NCBI GenBank assembly: GCA_046732715.1
Contig: JBKPNQ010000080.1
Location: forward strand, 26 to 64,025
Reading direction: 5' to 3'
DNA: 64,000 bases
From: Acidobacteriota bacterium
GTDB taxonomy: Bacteria > Acidobacteriota > Vicinamibacteria > Vicinamibacterales > 2-12-FULL-66-21
A program made the translations under genes and the position numbers. The first letter of the stretch is position 1. The number at the start of each line of letters is the position of its first letter. Of this stretch, positions 46,812-56,514 are shown in pieces. Under the pieces are notes generated by a model. It was given only the letters and a program-made list of their open reading frames with translations. It had not been told where the DNA came from and searched no databases.

Positions 46812-48122
46812 TCATCGCTGCAGGAGGGCGATGTGAAGATCGCCGACGTTGGTTCCGGTCGGACCCCATTTGATCAAGTCGCCGAGCGGCCCGAAAAAAT
46901 CGTAAGCGGCGTTTGCCGCGAGCGCCGCCTGCGCCCTGACGTCATGACGCGCCGCCCGCTCTGTCGTCGTCCGATCGACGATCGCGCCGGCGGCGTCTGT
47001 CGGTCCGTCGATGCCGTCAGTTCCCGCGCTCGCCAGCACCATGACAATTCCGCGTGGTGCCTCGTCGATCGCCGGCAGCGCGCCGAGCGCAAACTCCTGA
47101 TTGCGACCGCCGCGCCCGCGACCGCGAACATGCACGGTCGTTTCGCCGGAACCGATGACACACAGGCGCGACTGGCCAACCAGACGCAGCGACTCGGCGG
47201 CAAAAACGGCTCCGGCGTCTCGTGCCTCGCCTCCGGTGGCGGCGGGAAAAACGTGGACGGCGTAGCCAAGACGCTCAGCGACGCGTGCGGCTCCTTCAAC
47301 CGCCATCCGCCGGTTGCCAATGACCTCGTAGTAACCGTCACGGAGCCGAGGATCGCCGGGCTTCGGCGTCTCCCCCGCGCCTCGTTCGAGATGCTCGAGC
47401 GCATGGCGTGGAATCGCGTCCATCACACCGACGCGTTCCACGATGCCGAGGGCGTCGGCATAGGTCGTTGGATCGGCGACAGTGGGACCCGAACCGATCA
47501 CGGCAGGATCATCCGGGATTGGTCCGTGCACGTCCGAGATGGCGAGCGTCACCGTTCGACCTGCGGCCGCGGCAAGCCGCCCACCCTTGATCGCCGACAG
47601 ATGTTTGCGTACGCAGTTGAGGTCGGCAATTGGCGCCCCAGCGTTCATGAGCACACGCGCCGTCAGCATCTTGTCGGCGAGCGACAGCCCGTCGGCTGGC
47701 ACCGCCATCAGCGCCGACGCGCCGCCCGAAAGCAGCACGAGCAGCCCGCCGCGCGACTGGCTCTCGGCCGCCAGGGTCAGGGCACGCCGGCCGGCGGCTT
47801 CACTCGTGGCGTCCGGCGACGGATGTGATGCATCGAACCATTCGAACGAGCCTGACAGCACCGCCGAGCCCACGCGTGGACCCGCGACGACGCCAACGAG
47901 GTCCTGTCCGATCAGACCAGCTGACTTCGCGTCAGCTAACGCCATCGCCATCCGCCACGCCGCCTTGCCGGCGGCGACCACCGCTATCGACTCCGTCGGG
48001 AAACGCTTCAAGACACTGCCCGACAGAGCGGCGCGGACGAGCTGATATGGATCGATACTGCTGACACCACCAGCCAGGATTTCGTGCAGGTCAGTGCGAA
48101 TGGTCTGGAGAGAATCGGTCAG
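46812..48122 (-). CDS. Glycerate 2-kinase / hydroxypyruvate reductase family (DUF4147 + MOFRL)
   Basis: SGGASAL, SGETTVHVRGRGRGGRNQEFAL, GTDGIDGPTDAAGA motifs; no ATG/GTG upstream of the conserved DPYQLV segment except ATG 48221, which overlaps the upstream gene by 103 nt; CTG 48122 overlaps that gene's TGA. Confidence 0.78.
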   Translation of the reverse strand: MTDSLQTIRTDLHEILAGGVSSIDPYQLVRAALSGSVLKRFPTESIAVVAAGKAAWRMAMALADAKSAGLIGQDLVGVVAGPRVGSAVLSGSFEWFDASHPSPDATSEAAGRRALTLAAESQSRGGLLVLLSGGASALMAVPADGLSLADKMLTARVLMNAGAPIADLNCVRKHLSAIKGGRLAAAAGRTVTLAISDVHGPIPDDPAVIGSGPTVADPTTYADALGIVERVGVMDAIPRHALEHLERGAGETPKPGDPRLRDGYYEVIGNRRMAVEGAARVAERLGYAVHVFPAATGGEARDAGAVFAAESLRLVGQSRLCVIGSGETTVHVRGRGRGGRNQEFALGALPAIDEAPRGIVMVLASAGTDGIDGPTDAAGAIVDRTTTERAARHDVRAQAALAANAAYDFFGPLGDLIKWGPTGTNVGDLHIALLQR

Positions 48123-48406
48123 TGAAGCTTCGTGGGATCCGACCAGCCCGAGAGGCCGGTCACGGCATTGAACTTTTTGAGGAGCTCGCACAACAACTGG
48201 TCCGCATCGTCTTTCGCGCACAGTTGTTCGAGATGTCCGAGCACGAGAGCCAATGCATGGTCGGCATCGGTGATCGCGCGCTCAGAGAAGTACTCGCGTT
48301 GTTGCTGAAGACACTCTCGATGTTTGATGAATTCTTGACGGTAGAAGTCGTAAGGAAAACTGACAGGGGCGTTCAAAACCCGATCCGGGCTGACGACGCG
48401 TGCCAT
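48119..48406 (-). CDS. Hypothetical small protein with atypical codon usage
   Basis: 95 aa from ATG 48406 (AGGAG SD 4 nt upstream; alternative ATG 48427); balanced composition with Cys/Phe/Tyr/Lys; GC3 about 67% by hand count versus clearly higher in neighbours. Confidence 0.55.
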   Translation of the reverse strand: MARVVSPDRVLNAPVSFPYDFYRQEFIKHRECLQQQREYFSERAITDADHALALVLGHLEQLCAKDDADQLLCELLKKFNAVTGLSGWSDPTKLH

Positions 48407-48442
48407 GCGACTCCTCGCGTAGGGCATGTAAACGGTAAAACC

Positions 48443-48471
48443 AGTGTAAGCGTATACCGATGGCCTGTCAA
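48443..48471 (-). promoter_or_regulatory. Near-consensus sigma-70 promoter (TTGACA-17 nt-TACACT)
   Basis: Minus strand ttgaca-ggccatcggtatacgct-tacact, 15 nt upstream of ATG 48427. Confidence 0.55.
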
Positions 48472-48493
48472 ACGCGACAGTATGCCGTAACCG

Positions 48494-49384
48494 TCACCGA
48501 ACCGCGCGCGCGACGATCAGCCCGCCCAAACAGCCAAGCACCATTCCGCCGACAACAAGAAACAGGCTCAGCCACAATGGCAAAAATGTAATCGCGCCCA
48601 GGCCGACCGCCTGTGCCGCAACCACCCCGAATCTGGCCTTCGCGGCGGTGAACACGAGCCAGAGAAAGATTATAGCGACCACGGCCCCCACGCCGCCCTG
48701 CAATATCCCTTCGACGACGAACGGTCCGCGAACGTACGTCAGCGGGGCGCCGACGAGGGTCATGATCTCAATCTCGTCTTCCCGGGCCGATGCCGCGAGG
48801 CGGACAACGCTCGCGACGGTGAGGGCCGAGGCAAAGGCCAGCAGCGCGATGATTCCGATTCCGAGCCCGCGCAGCAGCCGAACCACCGCATTCAGCCGGG
48901 TCAGCCAGCGACGGTCGTAGCGGACGTCGGCCACTCCGTTGAGGCCCGCCATGGTGGTCGACAGGTTGTCGACCGCCCCGCCGGCATCTCGAACCTCTGG
49001 CTTGAGCCGAATTTCAAACGACGCCGGAAACGGATTACCTTCGAGCCGGTCTGTCGCGCTCGCCAGGTCGGGGAAATCCTGTTTGAAGCGCGCGGCGGCC
49101 TGACTCTTGGACACATACTCACGTTCGCTGGCCAACCCGCTTCCCGCAATCAGCTCGTCCACGATCCGAAGCTGGTCGGCGGTCGCATCGTCTTTCAAGT
49201 AGACCGACAGTTCAGCCGACTCGGTCCAACGGCCGACCAGGCGCTGAAGGTTCGCGTTGAGGACGAGGAAGAATCCCAAAACGAACAGGCCACCCGCGAT
49301 GGTGATCACGGAGAAGAGCGCTGCTTTACGGCCACGCCACAGGCTTGCCGCCGCTTCGGACACGAAGTAATTGAACGCTCGCAC
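48494..49384 (-). CDS. ftsX: Cell division permease-like protein FtsX
   Basis: 296 aa; 4 TM with large periplasmic loop; follows ftsE. Confidence 0.87.
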   Translation of the reverse strand: MRAFNYFVSEAAASLWRGRKAALFSVITIAGGLFVLGFFLVLNANLQRLVGRWTESAELSVYLKDDATADQLRIVDELIAGSGLASEREYVSKSQAAARFKQDFPDLASATDRLEGNPFPASFEIRLKPEVRDAGGAVDNLSTTMAGLNGVADVRYDRRWLTRLNAVVRLLRGLGIGIIALLAFASALTVASVVRLAASAREDEIEIMTLVGAPLTYVRGPFVVEGILQGGVGAVVAIIFLWLVFTAAKARFGVVAAQAVGLGAITFLPLWLSLFLVVGGMVLGCLGGLIVARAVR

Positions 49385-49387
49385 GTC

Positions 49388-50047
49388 CTACATCACCTCG
49401 ACGATGTTGCCGTGATCGAGCGTTACCGCACGACGCCCGACCCGCCGAATCAATTCGCGATCGTGCGTGGCGACGACCACGGTCGTGCCGCGCGCGTTGA
49501 TCTCGCGAAACAGATTCATGATTTCCAGCGAGAGATCGGGATCGAGATTGCCCGTTGGTTCGTCGGCCAGGATGATGGCTGGATCGTTGACGAGCGCGCG
49601 TGCGATGGCAATCCGCTGTTGCTCGCCGCCGGACAGTTCGAGGGGATAGGCGCTCATCCGGTGCTGGAGACCGACCCACTTCAGCACCTGGAATGTGCGG
49701 CGCTGCTGTTGCGCGTCTCCCATGCCAAGCACGCGCGGCACGAACGAAACATTTTCAAGCACCGTTTTTGCCGACAGCAGCTTGAAGTCCTGGAACACGA
49801 ACCCGAGCGATCGCCGGTACGACTGGACCTGACGAGTTGTCAGCGTCGCGAGATTGCGGCCACCGACGATCAATTGCCCTTCGCTGGGCACGTCCTGGCG
49901 AAGTAGCAGGCGCAAGAGCGTGGATTTTCCGGCGCCGCTCGGGCCAGTCAGAAAAACGAAGTCTCCCTTTTCAACGCGAAGGGAAAGATCGCGCAGCGCG
50001 AAGACACCGCGCGCGTACGTTTTCGAGACGTGGTACGCCTCGATCAC
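49388..50047 (-). CDS. ftsE: Cell division ATP-binding protein FtsE
   Basis: 219 aa; GPSGAGKST, LSGGEQQR, ILADEPTGNLD. Confidence 0.93.
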   Translation of the reverse strand: MIEAYHVSKTYARGVFALRDLSLRVEKGDFVFLTGPSGAGKSTLLRLLLRQDVPSEGQLIVGGRNLATLTTRQVQSYRRSLGFVFQDFKLLSAKTVLENVSFVPRVLGMGDAQQQRRTFQVLKWVGLQHRMSAYPLELSGGEQQRIAIARALVNDPAIILADEPTGNLDPDLSLEIMNLFREINARGTTVVVATHDRELIRRVGRRAVTLDHGNIVEVM

Positions 50048-51489
50048 GCGGGAGTCTTCTCCAGTTCGCGCCGGACGAGTGAGTTCACTAGCGCCGGATT
50101 CGCCTTACCACCCATGGATTTGATGACCTGTCCGACGAGAAATCCGTAAGTCTGCTTCTTCCCAGCTCGATACTGCTTGACGGCGTCGGCGTGTGCGGCG
50201 AGCACCTTCTGCACAGCCGCCTCGACCGACGCTTCATCGTCAATCCGAGCAAGTCCTTCGGCTTCGACGATAGCGGCGGCGGATAGGCCGGAGCCGTACA
50301 TCTTTTCGAAGACCTCTTTGGCCGTGGGGCCGCTTATCGTGCCGGCGTCCACGAGCCGGATCAGTCCCGCCAAAGCCTCGGGCGTCAGCGCCACGGCCTC
50401 TATATCGGCGCCAAGCTCGTTCAACTTGCGGGTGAGCTCTCCCATGATCCAGTTGCTGGCTGACTTCGCGTTGCCCGCCGCGGCGGCCGTGTGTTCGAAA
50501 TAGGTCGCCAGCGCCTGCGATTGCGTCAGCACCCCGGCGTCGTAGTCGGGCAAGGCGTACTGCTCGACAAACCGTCGCCGACGCGCGTCGGGTAGCTCCG
50601 GAAGCGTTCGCTTCGCCTCTTCAATCGTGGCGGCCGCAATCCGCAGCGGCGGGAGATCCGGCTCGGGGAAGTACCGGTAATCGTGCGCTTCTTCTTTACT
50701 CCGCATCGACAACGTGCGGCCGGCGGCGGTGTCCCATAACCGGGTCTCGTGTTCAACGGTTCCGCCTGATTCGATCACAGCGATCTGACGCTCGATCTCG
50801 TGGTCGAGCGCGCGCTGCACGTGACGGAAGGAATTGAGATTCTTGATCTCGGTCTTGACGCCAAATGGCTGCCCGGGGCGCCGCACCGAGATGTTGGCGT
50901 CGCAACGAAGGCTGCCCTCCTCCATGTTGCCGTCGGTCACCCCCGTCGCCACCAGCACCGCACGCATGCGGCTGAAATACTCGGCCGCTTCCGCGGCCGA
51001 TCGGACGTCCGGGTGGCTGACGATTTCAATGAGCGGCACGCCGCTGCGATTGAAATCGAGCGCGGTCATGCGGTCCGAGTCGGGCAAACCCTCGTGCAGG
51101 GATTTGCCGGCGTCCTCTTCGAGGTGAACGCGAATGATCCCGACGCGGCGCGACTCGCCGCGCGACTCGAATTCGAGCGCGCCATCAGTCGCGAGCGGCA
51201 GGTCGTACTGGGAGATCTGATAGCCCTTCGGCAGGTCAGGATAGAAGTAGTTCTTCCGCGCAAAGATCGACGTCTGATGGACCGTGCAGCCGAGCGCGAG
51301 AGCGGCCTTGATCGCCAGTTCCACCGCACGCCGATTGAGCACCGGCAGGGCGCCTGGCAGCCCGAGGCATACCGGACAGGTGTTGACGTTGGGCGGCGCA
51401 CCGAACCGCGTGCTGCAACCGCAGAACAGTTTGCTCTCGGTCTGAAGCTGTGTATGGATCTCGAGACCGATGACAGGCTCAAAGGGCAT
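50044..51489 (-). CDS. gatB: Aspartyl/glutamyl-tRNA amidotransferase subunit B
   Basis: PVIGLEIHTQL, NRSGVPLIEIV; trimmed from 51543 (heptad-array translation) to ATG 51489. Confidence 0.95.
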   Translation of the reverse strand: MPFEPVIGLEIHTQLQTESKLFCGCSTRFGAPPNVNTCPVCLGLPGALPVLNRRAVELAIKAALALGCTVHQTSIFARKNYFYPDLPKGYQISQYDLPLATDGALEFESRGESRRVGIIRVHLEEDAGKSLHEGLPDSDRMTALDFNRSGVPLIEIVSHPDVRSAAEAAEYFSRMRAVLVATGVTDGNMEEGSLRCDANISVRRPGQPFGVKTEIKNLNSFRHVQRALDHEIERQIAVIESGGTVEHETRLWDTAAGRTLSMRSKEEAHDYRYFPEPDLPPLRIAAATIEEAKRTLPELPDARRRRFVEQYALPDYDAGVLTQSQALATYFEHTAAAAGNAKSASNWIMGELTRKLNELGADIEAVALTPEALAGLIRLVDAGTISGPTAKEVFEKMYGSGLSAAAIVEAEGLARIDDEASVEAAVQKVLAAHADAVKQYRAGKKQTYGFLVGQVIKSMGGKANPALVNSLVRRELEKTPA

Positions 51490-51574
51490 TGCTGATGGTC
51501 GATTGCTGATGTTCGATTGTTGATTGTAGTCGGCATTCAACAATCAGCAATCGAAAATCAGCAATTGCAATCAG
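51488..51574. repeat. Heptad array family B hairpin
   Basis: attgctgatggtcgattgctgatgttcgattgttgattg - 11 nt - caacaatcagcaatcgaaaatcagcaattgcaatcag; spans from the gatB start codon to the upstream stop codon. Confidence 0.9.
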
Positions 51575-52638
51575 CGCTTCTGAAGCGCGGTGACCATTCG
51601 GCTGAAGGCCTCGACGACCAGCGGATCGAACTGAGTGCCGCTGCAGCGTTCGAGTTCCAGCAGCGCCTCGTCCTGGCCAATCGCGTCACGGAACACTCGA
51701 GGCCGCGTCATGGTGTCGTAGGCGTCGGCGACACAGACGATGCGGGCGCCAATCGAGATCTCGGAGCCTCGCACGCCGCGGGGATATCCCAGTCCATCAA
51801 CCCGCTCGTGTGATTGCCGGACGATGGCTGCGGCCCGCTCCAAATACGGCACCGCCGCGATGATGTCGCTGCCGATCGCCGGATGGCGCCGGACGAGCAT
51901 CACCTCTTCCACCGTGAGCGCCGCTGGTTTGCGCAGCACAGCTTCCGGTACGGCAAGTTTGCCGATATCGTGCAGCAGCGCGCCGTGCCCGATCGTCGAC
52001 AGCGCCTCATCGGGCAGCCCGAGCATCCGCGCCACGTTGACCGCCAGCGCCGCCACGCGATAGCCGTGCGCATACGCGTCGCGATCGGTCAGCGTCAGCA
52101 TCGCGATCATCGAATCGAGCGTCTCGTCGTCGTGAATCTTGACTGCCGCGATCGCATCGCTGATTCGCGTTCGGCGGATCATCATCTCCTGCTCGAGCGA
52201 TTCCCGCCAGCGGCGGGCGTCCCACGCCGATTCGTGCCACTCGAGACCGCGAGTCACCGCCTCGCGTAATCGGTCGCGGCCGAAGGGCTTGGTGAGATAG
52301 TCGATCACTCCCTGCCGCAGCGACGCGACCGCGGGACCGACGTCATGCACCCCCGTGGCCATAATCACGGCGGTCTCCGGGTACTGATGTCGAATTTGCT
52401 CGGCGAGCCAGATGCCGTCATGTCCCGGCATCCTGATGTCGCAGAGCGCGACCGCTGGCGGCGTCGTCTCGAACTGACCGAGCGCTTCCTCGGCGCTACC
52501 CGCGGTCGTCACGTCGTAGCCACCTGATTCGAGCCATCTCGCCATCAGGTTCCGCACGCAGTGTTCATCGTCAACAACGAGCACGCTGTTGGCGCGCGCG
52601 TCGTCGCGAAGCGCATGCTTCGAATCTTTCAATGTCAT
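51571..52638 (-). CDS. Response regulator with HD-GYP domain (probable c-di-GMP phosphodiesterase)
   Basis: REC (VLVVDDE...CDIRMPG...) plus HDIGKLAV and HERVDGLGYP; trimmed to MTLKDSK (ATG 52638). Confidence 0.88.
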   Translation of the reverse strand: MTLKDSKHALRDDARANSVLVVDDEHCVRNLMARWLESGGYDVTTAGSAEEALGQFETTPPAVALCDIRMPGHDGIWLAEQIRHQYPETAVIMATGVHDVGPAVASLRQGVIDYLTKPFGRDRLREAVTRGLEWHESAWDARRWRESLEQEMMIRRTRISDAIAAVKIHDDETLDSMIAMLTLTDRDAYAHGYRVAALAVNVARMLGLPDEALSTIGHGALLHDIGKLAVPEAVLRKPAALTVEEVMLVRRHPAIGSDIIAAVPYLERAAAIVRQSHERVDGLGYPRGVRGSEISIGARIVCVADAYDTMTRPRVFRDAIGQDEALLELERCSGTQFDPLVVEAFSRMVTALQKR

Positions 52639-52656
52639 AACCCGTGGTTTCCCCTT

Positions 52657-52677
52657 GCTTTTAACTTTTAACTTTTT
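52657..52677. repeat. Heptad array family C, single-armed (3 heptads)
   Basis: gctttta actttta acttttt, immediately after the upstream stop codon. Confidence 0.8.
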
Positions 52678-54112
52678 ACGCCTCCGCCATCTCGGCGTTC
52701 TCACGACGGCGCGTAATGGTGTCGGAGAGATCGAGGCGCTCGAGTCTCCGGTAGAGCGCGCGGCGGCTCAGACCGAGCATCTTTGCGGCCGCCTTCTTGT
52801 TTCCGCCTGCCCTGACCAGTGCGCGCTGAATGTGTTCGCGCTCCACCGTCGCAAGTAGCTCCTTGCCGGTGGCATCGTCCGGCGCGCCTCGAGAGGCGGA
52901 ATCGGCGCCGGCGCGGCCGGCGTGCGTAGACACCGGCGGCATGCTGATCGCCAGTTCACGTTCGGAAATGAACTCGCCTTCAACGAGGATGCATGCGCGC
53001 TCGATGACGTTCCGAAGCTCGCGCACGTTGCCTTCCCAATAGCCGGCAGCGAGCAGTCGCTCAGCACCAGGGGTCAGGCCGGCCACGGGTTTCTGCAGTC
53101 GCTCGCTGGTTTCCCTCACGAATGCTGCGGTCAAGTAGGGAATATCTTCGCGCCGCTCGCGCAGCGGCGGTAGCTTCACTTCGACGACATTCAACCGGTA
53201 AAACAGATCGCTGCGGAAGCGCCCAGCGGCAATTTCGGCGCGAAGGTCACGGTTCGAGGCGGCGATCACGTGCACGTTGACGCGGCGTCCGTCGAGCGAT
53301 CCGACGCGGTGCATTTCGCCAAGCTCGAGAACGCGCAGCAGTTTGGCCTGAAGCGCCGGTGGCAGCTCGCCGATCTCGTCGAGAAACAACGTGCCACCGT
53401 CGGCCAGTTCCAGCAGGCCCGGCTTGTGCTCCGTGGCACCGGCAAAGGCGCCGCGCACGTGCCCGAACAGCTCGCTTTCGAACAGCGTGTCGACGACAGA
53501 CGAACAGCTGACGGTCACGAAGCGTCGATCGCGGCGCGGGCCGATCTGATGGAGTGCACGCGCCACCAGCTCCTTGCCGGTGCCGGTCTCTCCCGTGATC
53601 AGCGCCGCCCGTACGTGCGGCGCGAGCCGGCGGATCATGCTGAAGAGCTCCTGCATGATCGGTCCGCGACCGACCATGCCGCAGAACTCCAGCCGTCGCG
53701 CAACGTCCCCCTCCATCGCGAGCAGACTGCGGCGGCGCTCCGTCTCTTCACGAATCGTCGTCAACAGCTGGTCGAGCCGGCCGAAGTCGAGCGGCTTGCT
53801 CAGGTAATCCATCGCACCCAGCTTGACGGCTTCGACCGCGGTCTCGACCGCCGCGTAGCCGGTCATGAGCACGGTCTGACACCGCGGATCCATGTCACGA
53901 ATCGCGCGAATCACGTCCAGGCCACCGAGATCCGGCATTCGCAAGTCGACCAGCGCGACATCGGCGTGTCGCGCACCAAGCTCGGCGATCGCCTGTCGCC
54001 CACCAGAGCACGCAATCACCTCGAATCCGGCGCGGCGTGCGAAGCGATCGACAACGTCTCGAATTCCCTGTTCGTCATCCACGACGACGAGGACCGGAGG
54101 CTGAGCGGTCAT
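52676..54112 (-). CDS. Sigma-54-dependent response regulator (REC + AAA+ + HTH) with a GAFAGA loop
   Basis: VLVVVDDE..., [22 protein letters not shown] (Thr to Ala in the GAFTGA loop), C-terminal HTH; ATG 54112 overlaps the kinase stop (ATGA). Confidence 0.9.
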   Translation of the reverse strand: MTAQPPVLVVVDDEQGIRDVVDRFARRAGFEVIACSGGRQAIAELGARHADVALVDLRMPDLGGLDVIRAIRDMDPRCQTVLMTGYAAVETAVEAVKLGAMDYLSKPLDFGRLDQLLTTIREETERRRSLLAMEGDVARRLEFCGMVGRGPIMQELFSMIRRLAPHVRAALITGETGTGKELVARALHQIGPRRDRRFVTVSCSSVVDTLFESELFGHVRGAFAGATEHKPGLLELADGGTLFLDEIGELPPALQAKLLRVLELGEMHRVGSLDGRRVNVHVIAASNRDLRAEIAAGRFRSDLFYRLNVVEVKLPPLRERREDIPYLTAAFVRETSERLQKPVAGLTPGAERLLAAGYWEGNVRELRNVIERACILVEGEFISERELAISMPPVSTHAGRAGADSASRGAPDDATGKELLATVEREHIQRALVRAGGNKKAAAKMLGLSRRALYRRLERLDLSDTITRRRENAEMAEA

Positions 54113-56514
54113 ACACACTCCTTGACGATGGCACGGACCGCGGAGCGAAGGGCGCGGAGTTGAAATGGCGGCGCCAGCACGGCACTGGCATGATCGTGTC
54201 CGAAGCTCTCGAGTTCGCCGTCGTCTGCCGACATCGAAATCAGCACCATCGGCAGCGCCGACTCGCTGCACGCGATCCGCCATCCGGGCAGGTCGGCCGC
54301 GACGATGCCGCGATCGACGAATGCAGCATGGAGCCGGCCCCGGCCGCAGGCCTCGAGCGCTTCCGCACTCGACGCCGCGGTCACAACATCACAGCCCCAT
54401 CCGCCGAGCGCGGCGGCCAGATAGTCGCGTTCCCCCTGCTCGGCGTGCGCGACGAGAATCGACTCGCCACGCCGCCTCTCGTCAATCCGCGCCGGCAACA
54501 ACAGCGAGAACATCGTGCCGGCGTTGACGACACTCTCGACGGTGATCTGCCCGCCATGATCCCGGACGATCCCGTAGCAGATGCTGAGACCGAGCCCGGT
54601 GCCCTCCCCAACGTCGCGCGTCGTGAAGAAGGGATCGAAGATCCGCGACAGGTTTGCGCGATCGATCCCGTGGCCGGTGTCTTTGATGAAGAGTTCAACC
54701 GCTGCTGCTGACTCGTCGAAGCGAGCGCCGACGTGCAGGCGCTTCGTCGGACGGCCGCGCATCGCCTGCTCGGCGTTCAACACCAGGTTCAGCAGCGCCT
54801 GCTGCAATTGACTGCCATCGCCGACCACCTGAGGCAGCCCGGGTTCGAAGTTGGTCACGAGGTCGATCCCGTTCAGTCGCAGCTCGTAGGAACGGAGCGC
54901 CATGACTCGACTGAAGAGATCGGCGACGTCCTGAGGCGCGCGCGCCGCCGCCTGGCGGCGGGCGAACGCGAGCAGATTGCGGACGATCCGCGCAGCGCGT
55001 TCCGACTCCTGCGCGATGCGCCGCATGTCCTGAGCGAGCTCGGTAGCGGATCGCATGTCGCCCGGAGTATCGAATTCGTCCTCGAGCAATTGCGCGTAGC
55101 CGATGACGCTGGTCAGCGGGTTGTTGAGTTCGTGCGCCACCCCCGCAACCAGCTGGCCGATCGCGGACAGCTTCTCCGACTGAAGCAGCTGGGCCTGTGT
55201 CGACTTCAAGCGATCGAGTGCCGCCATCGATCGATCGTTCGCCAGCGTCAGCTCGTCGCTCATCTGCTGCAGGCGGCGCTTACTCCGAATGTCCTCGGTG
55301 ACATTCTTGGCAACCTGGACGACCGACGCGCCGTCGGGGCCGCCCTCAACCGGAAAGGTCGTCACGCTGAAGATCTGCCCATCGGGCAGCGTGATCTCGG
55401 TGTGGCTGCCATCGTTGGCCACGGCGCGCGCAATCACACACTTGTTGCCGCTCGCGGCGCAGAAGCCGACGTCGGCGCAGGTGGCACCGCGAAGGGCCCG
55501 GACATCACGGCTGAGATGCTGCGCCAGGGCGCGGTTCCCTCGAAGCAGCGCGCCGTTGCGATCGAAAACGGCTATGGGATCGGCGATCGCGTCGAACGTC
55601 TGTTCCCATTCGCGCTTGCCGCGGCTGACGAAATCATGCAGACGCGCGTTCTGGACCGCGACACCGATCTGGCCGGCAATCACCCCGAGGAGCCGCTGGT
55701 CTGCCGGCTCGAACCTTCCGGGAATCTCCGCACCGACGGTCATGGTGCCGAGGAGCTCATCGCCCGCGAGGATCGGTACGGTCAACGTGCTGAGCGCTGG
55801 AATGAGTTCCGTCCCGGTGTGTGGCACCAGCGTCCGCAGGTCGTCCACGAGCAGCGGCGTGCGGGTGGTGATCACCCTGTCGTCCGGCCGCAGGCCGAGA
55901 GACTTCAGTCGCGTCCACAGTTCCTGCATCGCCAGGGGACCGATGAAGGCGTTGTCGACAAACGCACCGGTGGACTCTTCTTTGAGATAGATCGAGCCGC
56001 CGGCCACCCCAAGGGCGCGGACGCTGCACTGGAGCGCGCCCGCCAGAACTTCATCGAGCTGCTGCGATCGTGCGATCCCGTCGGCAATTTGATTGATCGT
56101 CTGAAGCTCCCAGACCAGCCGGCGGTTATCCAGGTTCATCCGCCGCCGCTCGAGTGCCCGCTCAATCGTCGCGAAGAGCTGATCGATGTCGAACGGCTTC
56201 TGAACGAAGGCGAAGGCGGAAAGCTCGTAGGAGTGGATCGCCGACGCCAGCGACGTCGTCGCCGACAGTACGACGATTTCCGAATCGCGCGTCTCCTCCT
56301 TCACGCGACGGATGACCTCGAAGCCAGACTCGGCGCCGAGACCAAGGTCCACCAGCGCAACGTCGAACGCGCCACGGTTGAGCGCGGCATTCACCGCCGC
56401 CAGCGATGTCGCGTACTCAGCACGAAAGCCACGCGCCAGCGCCGCCTCGCCGAGCATACGCGCGAGCGGTTCGTCATCGTCGACGATGAGAAGCGAAACG
56501 GGACGAATGGTCAT
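54109..56514 (-). CDS. Hybrid sensor histidine kinase: REC-GAF-PAS-HisKA-HATPase plus degenerate C-terminal receiver
   Basis: N-terminal LLIVDDDE...VALVDLG...QKPF; H-box HELNNPLT; DTGHGI, GTGLGLS; C-terminal ILVAHAEQ...FVDRG...PPF receiver-like; trimmed to MTIRPVS (ATG 56514). Confidence 0.9.
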   Translation of the reverse strand: MTIRPVSLLIVDDDEPLARMLGEAALARGFRAEYATSLAAVNAALNRGAFDVALVDLGLGAESGFEVIRRVKEETRDSEIVVLSATTSLASAIHSYELSAFAFVQKPFDIDQLFATIERALERRRMNLDNRRLVWELQTINQIADGIARSQQLDEVLAGALQCSVRALGVAGGSIYLKEESTGAFVDNAFIGPLAMQELWTRLKSLGLRPDDRVITTRTPLLVDDLRTLVPHTGTELIPALSTLTVPILAGDELLGTMTVGAEIPGRFEPADQRLLGVIAGQIGVAVQNARLHDFVSRGKREWEQTFDAIADPIAVFDRNGALLRGNRALAQHLSRDVRALRGATCADVGFCAASGNKCVIARAVANDGSHTEITLPDGQIFSVTTFPVEGGPDGASVVQVAKNVTEDIRSKRRLQQMSDELTLANDRSMAALDRLKSTQAQLLQSEKLSAIGQLVAGVAHELNNPLTSVIGYAQLLEDEFDTPGDMRSATELAQDMRRIAQESERAARIVRNLLAFARRQAAARAPQDVADLFSRVMALRSYELRLNGIDLVTNFEPGLPQVVGDGSQLQQALLNLVLNAEQAMRGRPTKRLHVGARFDESAAAVELFIKDTGHGIDRANLSRIFDPFFTTRDVGEGTGLGLSICYGIVRDHGGQITVESVVNAGTMFSLLLPARIDERRRGESILVAHAEQGERDYLAAALGGWGCDVVTAASSAEALEACGRGRLHAAFVDRGIVAADLPGWRIACSESALPMVLISMSADDGELESFGHDHASAVLAPPFQLRALRSAVRAIVKECV

